Of a stretch of 64,000 nucleotides of DNA, positions 32,839 through 44,782 are shown piece after piece. Position 1 is the stretch's first letter, and every line of letters begins with the position of its first letter. The position numbers were made by a program, and so were the translations under genes. Below the pieces are notes generated by a model. That model worked only from the letters and a program-made list of their open reading frames with translations, ran no database searches and was not told the DNA's origin. The stretch comes from Epithemia pelagica (taxonomy: Eukaryota > Protista > Bacillariophyta): the NCBI GenBank assembly GCA_946965045.2, contig OX337237.1, positions 1,426,001 through 1,490,000 on the forward strand, in the 5' to 3' direction.

Positions 32839-34353
32839 TTACTCCCAATAGGTGGGTGGAAGAAGCTCCAACGGAATGTCAATCTGCAACGGCACGGGGG
32901 AAGGAGGATTGAGTGTCAAAGTGGAATTTCGTACGGAGAAAGCCCCCGCCACGACGGAACGACCCGACCGATAGATTGTAATTCGGGGTACCAACGAAGA
33001 GGAATCTGAATGCTCCACCGTCTCACTCTCCTCCGTCTCACTCTCATTCGGAGCCGCCAAACGTGGTGGCAAGGGTACTTGTTGATTGCGCGTCGGAACG
33101 TGTCGCGTGTGCACCACGGGTGGTGGTGGTGGTGGCGCCACTGTCGTGGAGGTGGTGACATTCCCCACGGCATCATGGTTCTGATTCGCCGCCACCGAGC
33201 GAGTGACGCGGAACCGTGCACTCGCTGGAGCCGACGACGACGAGGCGGCCAAGGAAGCCGCCGCGGCGGCGGCGGCGGAACGGGTCGTCCGGGCCATGCC
33301 CGAATGGGCCCGGGCAATGGTGGAAAACCGCTGTTTGCAAATGGGACAGGTATTTTCCTGCAGGGCCCACTTGTCAATACAGTCAAAGCAAAACATGTGA
33401 GAGCATCCGTCCACAGTGGCGCACTCGCGACGTGTGGGTACCGTCAAGCAAATGGGACAGGGCGTGGGTTCTTCTTCTTCTTCTTCGTCGTCGTCATCGT
33501 TCGGGTCTGTATTCTGTCGTGTGGTGCTCGTGGAGGAAGCACTGGTCTTGGATTTCTTTGTGTTGCTATTGTTGGTGGTGGCAGAGGTGAGGGACGGACG
33601 ACCCCGTTTGCGATTCGAACGAGACGTAGTAGAGGGCAACGACGATTCTGTGGCTTGTGGAATAACTGCGGATCGTCGGACACATTGTGGAGTAGTTCGT
33701 CGTGACGGCTCGGCTGGATCCTGTCGTCTTGACGAGGATCGTAACGTTCGTGTAGAGGACCATACGGTGCGGCGAGTCTCTGTAGCAGCAGAAACAGGAA
33801 CCGTTGGTCGACGACGACGATCCGAGGTGGTCCTCCAGGATACGGCTGGCCTTGAATTCCGAGAGGAAGAAGAAGAAGGTGCGTGGAATACACTACCCCT
33901 GGTTCTTGTGGAACCTTCGCTAGAATGCCTGGTACTCGGTCGTTCTCGCGTACTTCGGGACACATTCCTGCTGATTGTCGTCACATGGTCGACCGATTCC
34001 TGTCGTTCGCCTCCAGTCTCGCTTCGACTCGCCGCACGACGGCGACGATGCCACAGTCGCTCTTCTCGTTCGTTGTTGACCAGGGCGCGAGGATTGGACC
34101 GGAGAGAGGTTCTTCTGGAACCTTCGCTAGTACTGGACACATTCCTGCTGGAGGATGAAACGGTTGCGGACGAGCTTGGTTCTTCCGAGGAACTGGTGGT
34201 GGTGGTTGTTGTGACGTCATGGTCGACCGATTCCTGTCCTTCTCCTCCAGTCTCGCTTCTACTACTCGCACGACAGCGACGATGCCACAGTCGCTCTTCT
34301 CGCTCGTTGTTGACCAGGGCACGAGGATTGGACCGGAGAGAGGACCTCATCAT
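32839..34353 (-). CDS. RING-finger protein (putative E3 ubiquitin ligase)
   Basis: 'CPICLTVPTRRECATVDGCSHMFCFDCIDKWALQENTCPICKQRF'. The N-terminus has an in-frame internal duplication offset by 234 bp (78 codons). Confidence 0.88.
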   Translation of the reverse strand: MMRSSLRSNPRALVNNEREERLWHRRCRASSRSETGGEGQESVDHDVTTTTTTSSSEEPSSSATVSSSSRNVSSTSEGSRRTSLRSNPRALVNNEREERLWHRRRRAASRSETGGERQESVDHVTTISRNVSRSTRERPSTRHSSEGSTRTRGSVFHAPSSSSSRNSRPAVSWRTTSDRRRRPTVPVSAATETRRTVWSSTRTLRSSSRRQDPAEPSRRTTPQCVRRSAVIPQATESSLPSTTSRSNRKRGRPSLTSATTNNSNTKKSKTSASSTSTTRQNTDPNDDDDEEEEEEPTPCPICLTVPTRRECATVDGCSHMFCFDCIDKWALQENTCPICKQRFSTIARAHSGMARTTRSAAAAAAASLAASSSSAPASARFRVTRSVAANQNHDAVGNVTTSTTVAPPPPPPVVHTRHVPTRNQQVPLPPRLAAPNESETEESETVEHSDSSSLVPRITIYRSGRSVVAGAFSVRNSTLTLNPPSPVPLQIDIPLELLPPTYWE

Positions 34354-34652
34354 GGTTGTCACACATGATATGAGATCTCTGCAGGAAAACGCGGCAAACC
34401 AAAAAATTTCGGGCTTCACACCCTGTCGTGTCCTATGGAAGTTAAGGTCAAATGGATTATTGGAGAAGTAATAGATGTGTCGCTAAGGCGTGACTAAGTA
34501 CTCCTCCACGTCCTCTGTCCTTGTACGAATAACATGTTTTGTAATATTTACCGGGACGGTCGGTAGAGGGTGTAATACTGAAGCGCGACGGAATCTTTTA
34601 TGGTCACGGATGGGTCGCTGAAACATGCTGTTGGAAGCAAGTTCCGGGGAAC

Positions 34653-36659
34653 TTGAAGTCGTTCCTGTATGGAAGCAAGATACCCCAACGAGAAAGATCC
34701 ATAGAGGTACGCACAGCAGCATGCCGCAGCACCACACAAACCATACCCCAGAGCCGACAACCACCGACCATGCCGTCATTCTCACAGCCACAACAACCAC
34801 CACCACAACCACAACGATGCAATTTCCTACAGTTCCGCAGCCGTAGAGCCTCGGCACAGCGTCTTGTTGTCGGTCGGTCTGTCCACAACCACCCGCGACA
34901 CGGCAGGGACCGCCCGCAGCCCTGCACTACTCCACACAGGATCAATGGAGCAGAGACATTGATTGCGAGTCGGTTGTTGTTGTCTTCTTCCAGATGGATA
35001 TTATTACTCATGGTATGGTTTCTGCCGCTGCCGAGTGGGTCCTTTGGGACCATGGCATTATCGGTCCACACCACCGCCGTTGCTCCATGGAGATCATGGA
35101 TGGCTCCACAACACAGGAACGCTCCGACCGGTCGAACTCGCGCACAGCAGCATGGTGTGTGGTTGGCCACCCCATCGAACCACAATCAAGAGCAGACGAT
35201 ACCCACCGGCGAACGGATGAAAATGACCCACCAGAATCGTCACCGAGGATCCAACCAGCACAGGGCAGGATCCAATCCACGACAACGAGAATCACAACCA
35301 CAACAACAACGACCAACCCGAAAACACACGGGATCCTCCTTGCCAAAATCACCACACTCTGCGACTGGCCGAGACATGCAGTCTTGTAGTCCCACCACGC
35401 GGCGGACTCCGCGAACCAGGAATCACAACAGGCGGTTCCCCTCCAAACAACGACAACAAGACGTCGTTTCCCGCACCACCAACCCACAAACATTGGTCCT
35501 TGCCTATCACAAACCACGCAATGTCATTACGTCACATTCCACTGCCGATGCCTTGCCCACCCATCCCAAACACCACTACAGGAGGACGACTACTCGACCA
35601 CAACCACAACAGCCACAACAATTGAGCATGACAAACACCACTACCAACCATACAAGCAGCCTGCGACGGACCGTCTATCAAGATATTCAAACGGCTGACG
35701 GATGGATTGGCAATGCGAATGCGTCGTTGCGGCCACACCACCCAACACTGGATGATCATCATCACGATGATGGGTCGCGACGAGACTGGTCCTTTTCGGA
35801 GATTACTGGCTTGAACCATGCGCAACAATTGCATGCCATTGGTCGATTGGATTGCGATACGACAGGTCTTTTGTTATTTACCAATGATGGTGGATTGGTT
35901 CATCACATTACCCATCCTCCTCCCCATCGCAATACAATGATCAACACCACGACCAGCAGTAACAACAATCATTCCAAATTGCCGTCAATGTTGAACAACC
36001 ATACAATGCGTTCGCCCCTTTTATCGAGAAATGACACGGGTGTTTCGTTCCTCGGTTCCGTCCAGGCATCCTCCTCCTTTCATGGTTTGTCCAAAACCTA
36101 TCAAGTTGTCATTATGGGCCATTACGACAACGACCATGTGGCCTTGGAAACTATGCGTCGGCATGGCATTGACATTGGTCCCAAACACGGGGGTGTGACC
36201 TTACCGGTCCCCGATTTGACCGTGTTGGATCATCCTACTCGCAAATCGACACGACTCCAATTGACCTTGTGGCAAGGCAAGAATCGACAAGTCCGTCGCA
36301 TGTTCCATGCCATGGGATCGGGTGTCCTGCAATTGCATCGGATCCGCATGGGACCGTCGTTGGATTTGACCGGATTGGAACAGCCGGGAGCCTGGCGGGT
36401 CCTGTCGCCGGAACAAGTCCAAGACGCCTTGCAGTGGACGGTCCGGACCGTGCCCGTACTGCGCCAACCAAGCACCACCAGCAGCAGTATCCGGAGCAGC
36501 CACGCCCGGGGCTCCGCGGCGGGAGGGACCACTCGCACGGCGCAACATCGCAGAACGTCCACGACCAGACCGAGGAACTATGGTAGGAACAAGAAACACT
36601 CCAAATCCTCCTCCTCCCATATCAACACAGCGATGGTCAAGAAGGAGCAGTGGTCCTAG
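34653..36659 (+). CDS. RsuA/RluE-family RNA pseudouridine synthase, probably organellar; start uncertain
   Basis: 'LAYHKPRNVITS', 'IGRLDCDTTGLLLFTNDG' (catalytic Asp), 'KTYQV', 'LWQGKNRQVRRMF', 'LHRIRMG'. Confidence 0.9.
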   Translation: MKSFLYGSKIPQRERSIEVRTAACRSTTQTIPQSRQPPTMPSFSQPQQPPPQPQRCNFLQFRSRRASAQRLVVGRSVHNHPRHGRDRPQPCTTPHRINGAETLIASRLLLSSSRWILLLMVWFLPLPSGSFGTMALSVHTTAVAPWRSWMAPQHRNAPTGRTRAQQHGVWLATPSNHNQEQTIPTGERMKMTHQNRHRGSNQHRAGSNPRQRESQPQQQRPTRKHTGSSLPKSPHSATGRDMQSCSPTTRRTPRTRNHNRRFPSKQRQQDVVSRTTNPQTLVLAYHKPRNVITSHSTADALPTHPKHHYRRTTTRPQPQQPQQLSMTNTTTNHTSSLRRTVYQDIQTADGWIGNANASLRPHHPTLDDHHHDDGSRRDWSFSEITGLNHAQQLHAIGRLDCDTTGLLLFTNDGGLVHHITHPPPHRNTMINTTTSSNNNHSKLPSMLNNHTMRSPLLSRNDTGVSFLGSVQASSSFHGLSKTYQVVIMGHYDNDHVALETMRRHGIDIGPKHGGVTLPVPDLTVLDHPTRKSTRLQLTLWQGKNRQVRRMFHAMGSGVLQLHRIRMGPSLDLTGLEQPGAWRVLSPEQVQDALQWTVRTVPVLRQPSTTSSSIRSSHARGSAAGGTTRTAQHRRTSTTRPRNYGRNKKHSKSSSSHINTAMVKKEQWS

Positions 36660-37073
36660 CACGAACCAAGAGTCAAGGGAATATAGGATTGGCGAGAGAC
36701 ATGGTTTACGGTCTTGGATGCGTGCATGTGTGTGTAGTGTCGTATTCACCGTTGCAACCACTGCCATTTGTTTGGCCATGGAAGTCCTCGTTCCATGTGC
36801 ACGAAGATATCTTATTTCTTCATCCAGTAGACAATTGGATTCACGATGTTACTGTATATGTATGTATGTCGCCTTCTTGAGCACGTGTCCAAGGCCTCTA
36901 TTCCAGATTCGTGACCCCGAGCAAGTCCACGGGCCCATGGTTTCGTGCGTGCCGCCCATGGATTCTTCATCATAGAAATCCAGCAGCTCATCTATATTTC
37001 GAGTGTTTGCGCATCTTGGAGTTTCAACTTCTTTACTTTATATACATCCGCAACCGATTGTCTATTTTCTGCA

Positions 37074-38249
37074 GGCACCCAGAGTGCCGAAACGAGTCTC
37101 GTCAAGAACAACAACAGGAGCAAACAAGCAGTGGATAGTGAATCGACCTTTGGTCCGTTTGAAACCTTTTTCAAGCAACAAATTGGAGGAGGTCCCTCCT
37201 CCAGCAACAATAACCGAGACTTGCAAGACTCCTTTGACGAAGACAATCCCTATGGTGCACTGACACTTCTTCCCGCCGGTACAAGTGGTACCAAGGGGGG
37301 ATGGTCTCTCGATACGACCCCCGTCTTGTCGCGGCTTACCACGACCAAAAAATCCAAACCAGCAGCTTGTAGTGAAAATGACGATGCCGATACGGAGACC
37401 AGCGATGCCCTCAACAACAATAGCAAAAAACAGTCTCGACAACAAGGACGAGACGAAAGCAGCAAGGAGGATGAGGATGAGGAAGAACGTCGCATGAAAT
37501 TAATGATTTTTACACCCAAGAAACAAGCTCCCTTGTTGCGGGACAATCCAGAATCCCGCGCCGAACAAATTGAAAAAGCATTGACTTCATCTTGGACTTG
37601 TTGTTTCAAGGCTTCCTCGTCGTCCTTATTGTCCGAATCTTCTACCGAGGTGCTAGCCTTGCCACTCTTGGACGCCGCGGCTGCCGCCGCCTTCTTTTTT
37701 TCTTGCTTGGCTCGTTTCTTTTCTTCCAACTTTTTCTTGAGTTTTTGCAACCGCTTCATTCCGAGTTTGATGAGCCCTCATTTTATTCATTACGGCAGTC
37801 CATTGCACAAGCAGCCTTGACGGGTTCACGTGCGACAAAATCAGCTGCTACGACCGAAGCATGGAGGGACGAATTGTATCAAGTGAGCTGTTACCGTGTG
37901 AAGACTCGCGCCAACGCAATCGCTTCTGGGTTTCCAGCGGAGGATCACACTGCGACAACTTCTTTCTATTCTGCCAAAACGTCCTCTTCCACAACAGGGC
38001 CAAACAATGGGAAATGTCGTTGCCGAAAATCAGGTTTTGAAGGGAAGAGAGGTGTCCAGCATAAATTGTGCGACTGGGGCCGCATCCCTAACGCTAATGA
38101 GGCGACAACTCCGTGACAATGAGAGATTGATTCAACAATCCTTTTTAGAGACCAAAAGGTTGTACCTTAGGACAGTTGAAAAACAGGGGTACAAAAGGAC
38201 AGAGAGTCACACAGGAGCAGATTATCAGGTGAACGAGAATGCCTCCTAA
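37074..38249 (+). other. Coding-like region with an apparent internal inversion; gene or pseudogene unresolved
   Basis: Acceptor 'ttttctgcag' at ~37073. Protein-like plus frame to ~37500, K/E-rich protein-like minus frame 37759-37560, then protein-like plus frames again (37592 and 38007 ORFs). Confidence 0.4.
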
Positions 38250-39139
38250 ATCAGGACAAGAGGAACCCTTGGCCCGTTTGGCCAAGATGGTCAACAATTT
38301 CATGAGCCGTCCCGATGCGGCGCCGTTTTTGGAACCAGTCGATTGGAGAGGACTGGATTTGTACGATTATCCGGAAATTATTCAAAAGATGATGGACTTG
38401 GGAACAATCAAGAGAAAGTTGGATCGCAAACAATACAATACAGCCTGGGAATGCGCACAAGATATTAAACTGGTGTGGAGCAACTGTATGCTGTACAATT
38501 CCGAAGGCAGTGAATTGTGGATGATTGCCAAATCGTTTAATCGCAAATTTGAAGACAAATTCCGAAGAATTCGACAAGAATGTAAGTGGATCTTTTGCGT
38601 CCCGATGCACTGCCGTTGCGGTTTGCAGCTCATGTGGTGTGTCACATTGTTTTCTCCGCATGCCAGTTGACATTGGGGAAGAAGAAGAGGAACCGGAAGA
38701 AGAGGAGGACGATAAGGAATCGGAGGAGGAAGACGACGAAAGGGAGTTTGCCGATATGGACTCGTCGGATGGCAAAACGGGAGGAAGAGTGTCTTCTCCA
38801 TCCTCATCACATCCATCATTGGATGCGCGCGCCCAATTAGCCAGCAATTTACTCTTGTTGCACGGAACCGAATTGGGACATGTCATGTCCTTATTGGAAC
38901 GTGAATTTCCCAAAGCTCTACTGTCGTTACAAGATGAGGAAGTTGGTGGTGGCAACGAATCACAAGTGCCGGCGCAGATTCCGGAAAAGTTTGAAATAAA
39001 CTTGGATGAATTGGATTCGTCCATCTTTCAAAAAATATCCAAGTATGCCACTGAAAGAGCCAGTGGAAGAAAGAGAGGAATGGCAGGTGGAGATGTGGAA
39101 CTGGAGGATGTCTCTGGGAAGAGAAAAAGAAAGCGATAA
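38239..39139 (+). CDS. Bromodomain + extra-terminal (ET)-like protein (BET/GTE type)
   Basis: Exons 38239-38581 and 38666-39139 (GTAAGT...CAG, phase 1). 'AAPFLEPVDW...LYDYPEIIQKMMDLGTIKRKL...DIKLVWSNCMLYN'; ET-like 'LASNLLLLHGTELGHVM...FEINLDELD'. Confidence 0.93.
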
Positions 39140-40001
39140 TTCTCAATGCCATGTTGTCGTATACGGAGACTACTGTTGCATCGTGGAGGAGAGAGCCATG
39201 CTATTACCGGGAGAGACTAAAACAATACAGAGAGTGAGAGAATGCGGACCCAAAGTGAAACCATTCCTTTCAACCTCCTTGATAAACTGTGTTGTATAGA
39301 TGCTTCGTTTGTAGTGAACCAACTCCAATGTATTTGGTCTGTCATGAAAAAGTCTGTGTTGTGAGAAGAGTCCAAGGAGTATCCTGAGCTGTACCGCAGA
39401 ATGCAATGAGGATCCATGTGGGGCGCCGTCGTCTAGAAACAAGAAACGCTAGAGACGAGGGGTATCCAAAGGCACATGGGTCGACATGGACCAGTGGGGT
39501 TCGAGATTCGAGATGACACGCTCCTACCTAATTTTTCTCAGTGTCTTGTTTGGAAGAGTGTCGTCATCCAGGCATTTCTGTTTTCATCATGTTTACGCAA
39601 ATGAACTTGGTTCAAACCTTTTTTCCGACATGTCCCGTCGCCTTCACGGGACATCCTAGCTAGAGGGTTTTCCACCACTGCTAATCAAGAGCTATTAGCG
39701 ACCCCCAGTGGCTCAGAAACCATATGGGAGTGAAAATCTTGTCGGGACTTGATACTCCCATACCATTTTCTTTACTGTGATCCACAACAGCCTTCCCCCA
39801 GTAATGACACTTTCACCGTAAAGGGCAATTGCATTTTGCTTTTAAAATCTTGTAGAGAAGAGCAGTTCAGATTTTGGGGGGACTTGGAATTGGTTCCACT
39901 TGTCGCCAGACCTGACTTGCGGGAAACGAGAGAAACAAAACAAAAACACAACTCTCCAAGGGAAGAAGCGCATACTAGCTCCTGCCAACAAAACGTCGAA
40001 C

Positions 40002-41900
40002 ATGGCATCGGTTCATTCTGTGCAAGATCACATCACTACGGCTGCGCCTGTGGACGAATGCCATGGCACCGAACCAAGGGATTTGTCAGAAGGAGTGTCG
40101 CAACAAATGGATGGAGTAACGTTGACAACGACGACAAGTCACGAGAAACATAGTGATGACGACAAGAGTCATGATACAAGCATGACAAGTTCACAACCCT
40201 CCAGTGATGATGCGGGGGACGAAATGGATCATGATGATTCTCATCGCACCATATATCCCATTGTTTCCGGTGACGCGGTTGGAGTGACGAGTGAGACGAC
40301 AATCCCTGCTTCCATCCATGTGGCAGACACTGTGGAAGATCCAAACTCGGGCTCCCACTTGGCCAGGATGGACTCGTCCAGTTCCCGTGCCGTGGCACGA
40401 GCGATTGATCGAGGACTCTGGCAAGAGCAACAAAAGCAATCCTCCACCTTGTCGTCCGATCCATCCCTGGAACCGTTTCGCTTTGCCGATGATGAAGATG
40501 GTGAAAGCCACCATGAAACGTGGTGCCCTTTGGGATCTTGCGCTCTTGGCAGCCGGACTACACAAACAACCGTTGTGGCTCACACACTCGGACCCCACTC
40601 GATTCAAGAACTGTGCGATAATTTACGACGATATCCGGAACAGGGCCTCAGCCGACCCGAAGATGGCGAATTGTTGCACAAAATGGTGGATTTCCACCGA
40701 GCTCGGTATCAACGACGGGACGGATGGCTCACCGAACGACCCAGTGGATTGTTGGGCTTGTTTTTGTTTCTCGGCGAGCTGCGAGTGGACCTCCAATGGG
40801 CTGAAGATGCAGCCTGGCGACGAGTCCATGAAACACAGGCCGTTTCTTGGGAAAGCTTTGCCAAATACCATTCACCCGAGAATCAACGATCGTACTTTAT
40901 CTACCTGGTCGAAATCATTTCCATTGTGATGATGATCATTGCCATGTGGATGAACGATTGGAAATTTGCTCCCTTTACCGAAAACCCCATGCTGGGTCCA
41001 TCGGCACAAGTTCTCATGGATCTCGGCGCCCTCAACTCGGAAGCAGTGGTTCAAGACAATGAATGGTACCGCCTTGTGGCACCATTTATTCTTCATGCCG
41101 GTATCATTCACTTGGTCATTAATTTGCTGGCCCTCCATTTCATTGGTGGTCCTGTCGAACGCACGTTGGGTTCCACTCTGACTGCCACTGTATTTCTCGT
41201 GTCCGGATTTGGAGGAAACGTGGCGAGTGCCTTATTCATTCAAAATACAGTCAGTGTCGGAGCATCGGGAGGACTGTTTGGTCTTTTGGGCCTTTGTTTG
41301 GCCCATATTGTGGCCAATTGGGACCTTCTCACCCTTCGAAACTACCGTGACCGCAACGATCCAGCCCACAAGGGGTTTCCCAGCATCACGGTGACCTGTC
41401 TGCTGGTGACAGAGCTCATGGTCAACATCGTAGTGGGACTTACGCCATACGTCGACAACTTTGCCCATTTGGGTGGCTTGGTCTATGGACTGTTTCTTGG
41501 GTTTCCATTACTGGTCTTGGACTGGACGGGGTTTTCGCTCCGAAAAGTACACTCGCACTGTCACATGTTCTTTACAGTTCGTGCGCTTTCCTTTCTCATG
41601 GGTGCCGGGCTTTTGATTTTTACTACCGTGAGTTTGGCAAACTACAATGGCCAGGAGCCGCTCTGCCGAAATTGCCGGTACATGAGTTGCGCACCCTTTC
41701 CATTTTGGAATGACAATCCCTGGTGGCACTGTGAGGATGACTGCTACATTGCCTCGGCATCCTGGACAAGTTACCAGAATTATACGCGGGTCGACTTTTC
41801 CTGTCCCTACGGCGAACAAGCTTCTGTTCAAGTCCCGTGGATCATGGATGCCGACGACGTTGTGGAACAATTACCACAACTCTGTCGAGATTACTGTTGA
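40002..41900 (+). CDS. Rhomboid intramembrane serine protease (S54)
   Basis: 'ENPMLGPS', 'WYRLVAPFILHAGIIHLVINL', catalytic 'SVGASGGLFG', 'DNFAHLGG'. Confidence 0.94.
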   Translation: MASVHSVQDHITTAAPVDECHGTEPRDLSEGVSQQMDGVTLTTTTSHEKHSDDDKSHDTSMTSSQPSSDDAGDEMDHDDSHRTIYPIVSGDAVGVTSETTIPASIHVADTVEDPNSGSHLARMDSSSSRAVARAIDRGLWQEQQKQSSTLSSDPSLEPFRFADDEDGESHHETWCPLGSCALGSRTTQTTVVAHTLGPHSIQELCDNLRRYPEQGLSRPEDGELLHKMVDFHRARYQRRDGWLTERPSGLLGLFLFLGELRVDLQWAEDAAWRRVHETQAVSWESFAKYHSPENQRSYFIYLVEIISIVMMIIAMWMNDWKFAPFTENPMLGPSAQVLMDLGALNSEAVVQDNEWYRLVAPFILHAGIIHLVINLLALHFIGGPVERTLGSTLTATVFLVSGFGGNVASALFIQNTVSVGASGGLFGLLGLCLAHIVANWDLLTLRNYRDRNDPAHKGFPSITVTCLLVTELMVNIVVGLTPYVDNFAHLGGLVYGLFLGFPLLVLDWTGFSLRKVHSHCHMFFTVRALSFLMGAGLLIFTTVSLANYNGQEPLCRNCRYMSCAPFPFWNDNPWWHCEDDCYIASASWTSYQNYTRVDFSCPYGEQASVQVPWIMDADDVVEQLPQLCRDYC

Positions 41901-43278
41901 GTCTCCTCTAGACTCTGGACCGTTCGGCCTTTTCTCTAAAATGACAAAGATATCCTATACTGGAACGTTTGACTGTCGAGGGCTGGGCCACGTTTGACCG
42001 AATAATAGAACGCGAGAGGGAACAGAGCCGGGCAGCTTTCAAGATCAAAGCTTGTGCCTCATGGAACGACACGAACTCGGACCAGTCGGTTCATTGGCTC
42101 TTTGTCGGACTCTCCACAAACGCGGGCAATCATCACGGAGTGAGTGAAGTGCAGTGTGCATCAGAGCTAGATAGAATACAGACAGCTACAACGACGAAGC
42201 AACTTTAGTAACAAGGAGTCGCAACAACAACTCTGCCGTAGTGCATAAAGGCCAGTTCGAGAAAAGTGTTTACAACAAAGTCGTGGAACTCGACCTACTT
42301 GGAACTATGCAGGTCTGTCTTTCGGGAGTCACCTCTCTACTGTCGTTGTGAAGACAACCGAATGGGTTTCAATGATGGTGGTAGCGCAAGAGCCCTCGGG
42401 TTGTGTTGTCAAGAGCTTCTTGGCAGGACCAACATGGGTGTACAGTGTGGCCAATGGATCCTGAACCAGTCAGCAAAAGCTCTCAACCTTGTGCGCACTG
42501 GTTTGCTTGAAGGAAACCAGGTTGCCGACAGATGCAACACATGTCAACACTAAGGGAGCTGGTTTCACAACCAACCTGTTGTCCAGCGGCGTCGAAGCCG
42601 ACATGAGAGAATGGAAGGCTCGAATCAAACATTCGTCGAATGGGGAGATAGAACTGGACTCACCACCCACATGTAAGCTCAGTGAGAGTGGCCTCGTCCC
42701 AACCAGTTTCGTCGTCGAGGTGGCTCTCCATGAAAGGTTGTTGGACGAGTTCGACCGGTTGCTTGGTTGTGGGTACCATGGTCTTGGCACACCTGTTTCA
42801 ATACCTGAACCAGAGCCGTCAACACTTGAATCAAGGGGACGAGTACCAACGGAATAATGACGTATTGCAAGCCCCCGATGACAAGTTCCAGAAATGTCGA
42901 CTGTAGATTGTTTGACGCAGTGGAAGGACACAACATGAGAGGAGATATGAAGGTCTAGTTCGTACCACAGTGCTTGTTGTACTTACGAATACATCGTCCT
43001 GTTTCTTCTTCTTGTTCCGAGTTCCATGACCCTCGGTGCGACCTCCAGTCTTTTTCCGTGCAAACATGAACTACTACTTCTAGAATGGCCTCGAGCTGTG
43101 GAACTGTAATGATCCGTTGTTGTTCTTTCTTTGGTATTGCTTCAACTTTCAATGGGTTGTCTTGTGTTTTGTGTTGAGATGGAGAGCGTCTTGACGTTCT
43201 GTTCCGGATGAGACCGCCATTCCCATTTGTCCAACACACTTCTTTCCAAGTCACCCCAAGGACCATGGAAAAGCCCTA

Positions 43279-43883
43279 AGGGCTGGGTAAGCCGATCCAT
43301 GTTCGGCTAAGTAGGCTCAGTACATTAACCTACGTAGTACTATTTTCGTCTGTGTAAGAAGTGGGGCGGATGGTCTCAAATTGAAAACTTGCTGCCACGA
43401 GAAACAATGCAAATTGGAAGCCATCGCTCGACAATGGTGGAAGCCATCACCCCCATGGCCATAACTTCCTCAATAATAGAGCTTGCCTCGACCGCTTTGA
43501 CAAAAAGATTATTTACTACTAGAGTGACTATGCTTTCAATTCGGTCGAGTCAGCATTGAAAAATGAGTGAGTTAGGGCGGTCGTTCGATTTCATCAGTGC
43601 AGAAAAATGAGCGTATCTTTTCAGCCAACTTGGCAAATCTTCTGTAATTTTACACAACAATTTCAAAGGTAAAGGCAAAGGACTTACGGTGGTTGGTTGT
43701 TTATGCGATGCATGGGTGAATGCATACGGCGTCACCGGATCTCGCCATCATTGTCGAGCGTTTTTGCATTTTTTTGAACTTCCGACCATTTCCGTCGTGA
43801 CGTGTACTATGTGATTTTATGTACTCAACGTAGGTTTTGTACTGAGCCTACCTAGCCGAACATGGATCGGCTTACCCAGCCCT
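43279..43883. mobile_element. MITE / fold-back element, family B
   Basis: ~65-bp near-perfect TIR (AGGGCTGGGTAAGCCGATCCATGTTCGGCTA...), a second inverted block (43425-43440 / 43745-43760, 15/16 match) and TA on both flanks. Confidence 0.85.
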
Positions 43884-44022
43884 TAGAGCGTCGACCTGAC
43901 ATTCCGTCATTAGTCAAAAAGAATCCCGCTCAAGTGTGCAATCTGGTCGTCGGAGTCTGACATTTTTGGCAGCAATCCCGAATTTGATGCCACCGCGCGC
44001 CGCGCGAAGGTCCCGCTCTCAA

Positions 44023-44094
44023 CACGCGGGTCGGTCTGCTTATTAGTCCTGGCCCATCTACAATATGGCGTGTGCCAGATGCTCGCCGGCGCAC
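44023..44094. repeat. Short dispersed repeat, family C copy 1
   Basis: Aligns with 63383-63449 (cacgcgggt..., ttagtcctgg, gctcgccggcgcac). Confidence 0.6.
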
Positions 44095-44782
44095 AAAGAA
44101 ATATCCATGCTCCGCGCCTGATAACATACAATATTGTACCCCCTAATACAAATAAGGTCTACGAGAAATTTCTCCTCTTGCTCGCGCGTTTGTTCGTGAC
44201 TGGCGTTATAAGTAGTTCCCGTCATTGACGCCAGGGCAGTACAGTACCCAGCCCTTACCTTACCTGTGCTTCTGCACGACCAAACCATCGCCCGGCCCAC
44301 CCAAACGGTTTTGGGTTTTGGCCCTTCCAAAATATGACCCGAAAGCAAAAACCGTGACATCGACCATGGTCTTTTTGTTTTCTTCCTTCTCCCGGTGTGG
44401 ACGACTTGTGTCGTGGATGCTTGGTCTGTGGATTTTGGCGTATGCGTATCAGAATCATGTTGCTGAGGCATTTTGCCTTCCTGGATCCAATCTACAATCC
44501 TTTGTGGAAGGACAAAAGTAAGTAGTAGTTGGTTGTACCAAAGATTTGGTGTCGTCGTTTTGTTGAGTGGTGACAAGTGGTTTGTCCCTCTTGTATCCTT
44601 TTCCACCATGTCTCTTCCTTGGACTAATGTTTCTGTGGCTTGGCATGGTTTCTTGTTCTGGCATGACTTATTACAAACTTTACACTTTACTATCACTCGA
44701 ATGATTCGATCATTCTCGATCGTCTACTGCACTGTATCAACGAATCCAACTCTGCTACAACAAACTTATTTGTTGCTATATT

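Noticed and set aside
33416-34471. 351-aa plus-strand ORF, and similar overlapping ORFs on the gag-pol and NAR1 genes
   Set aside because: Antisense shadows of motif-bearing genes on the other strand.
42241-42857. Possible Uma2/PD-(D/E)XK nuclease fragment ('SFVVEVALHE')
   Set aside because: One short motif in broken frames; not enough to assign.
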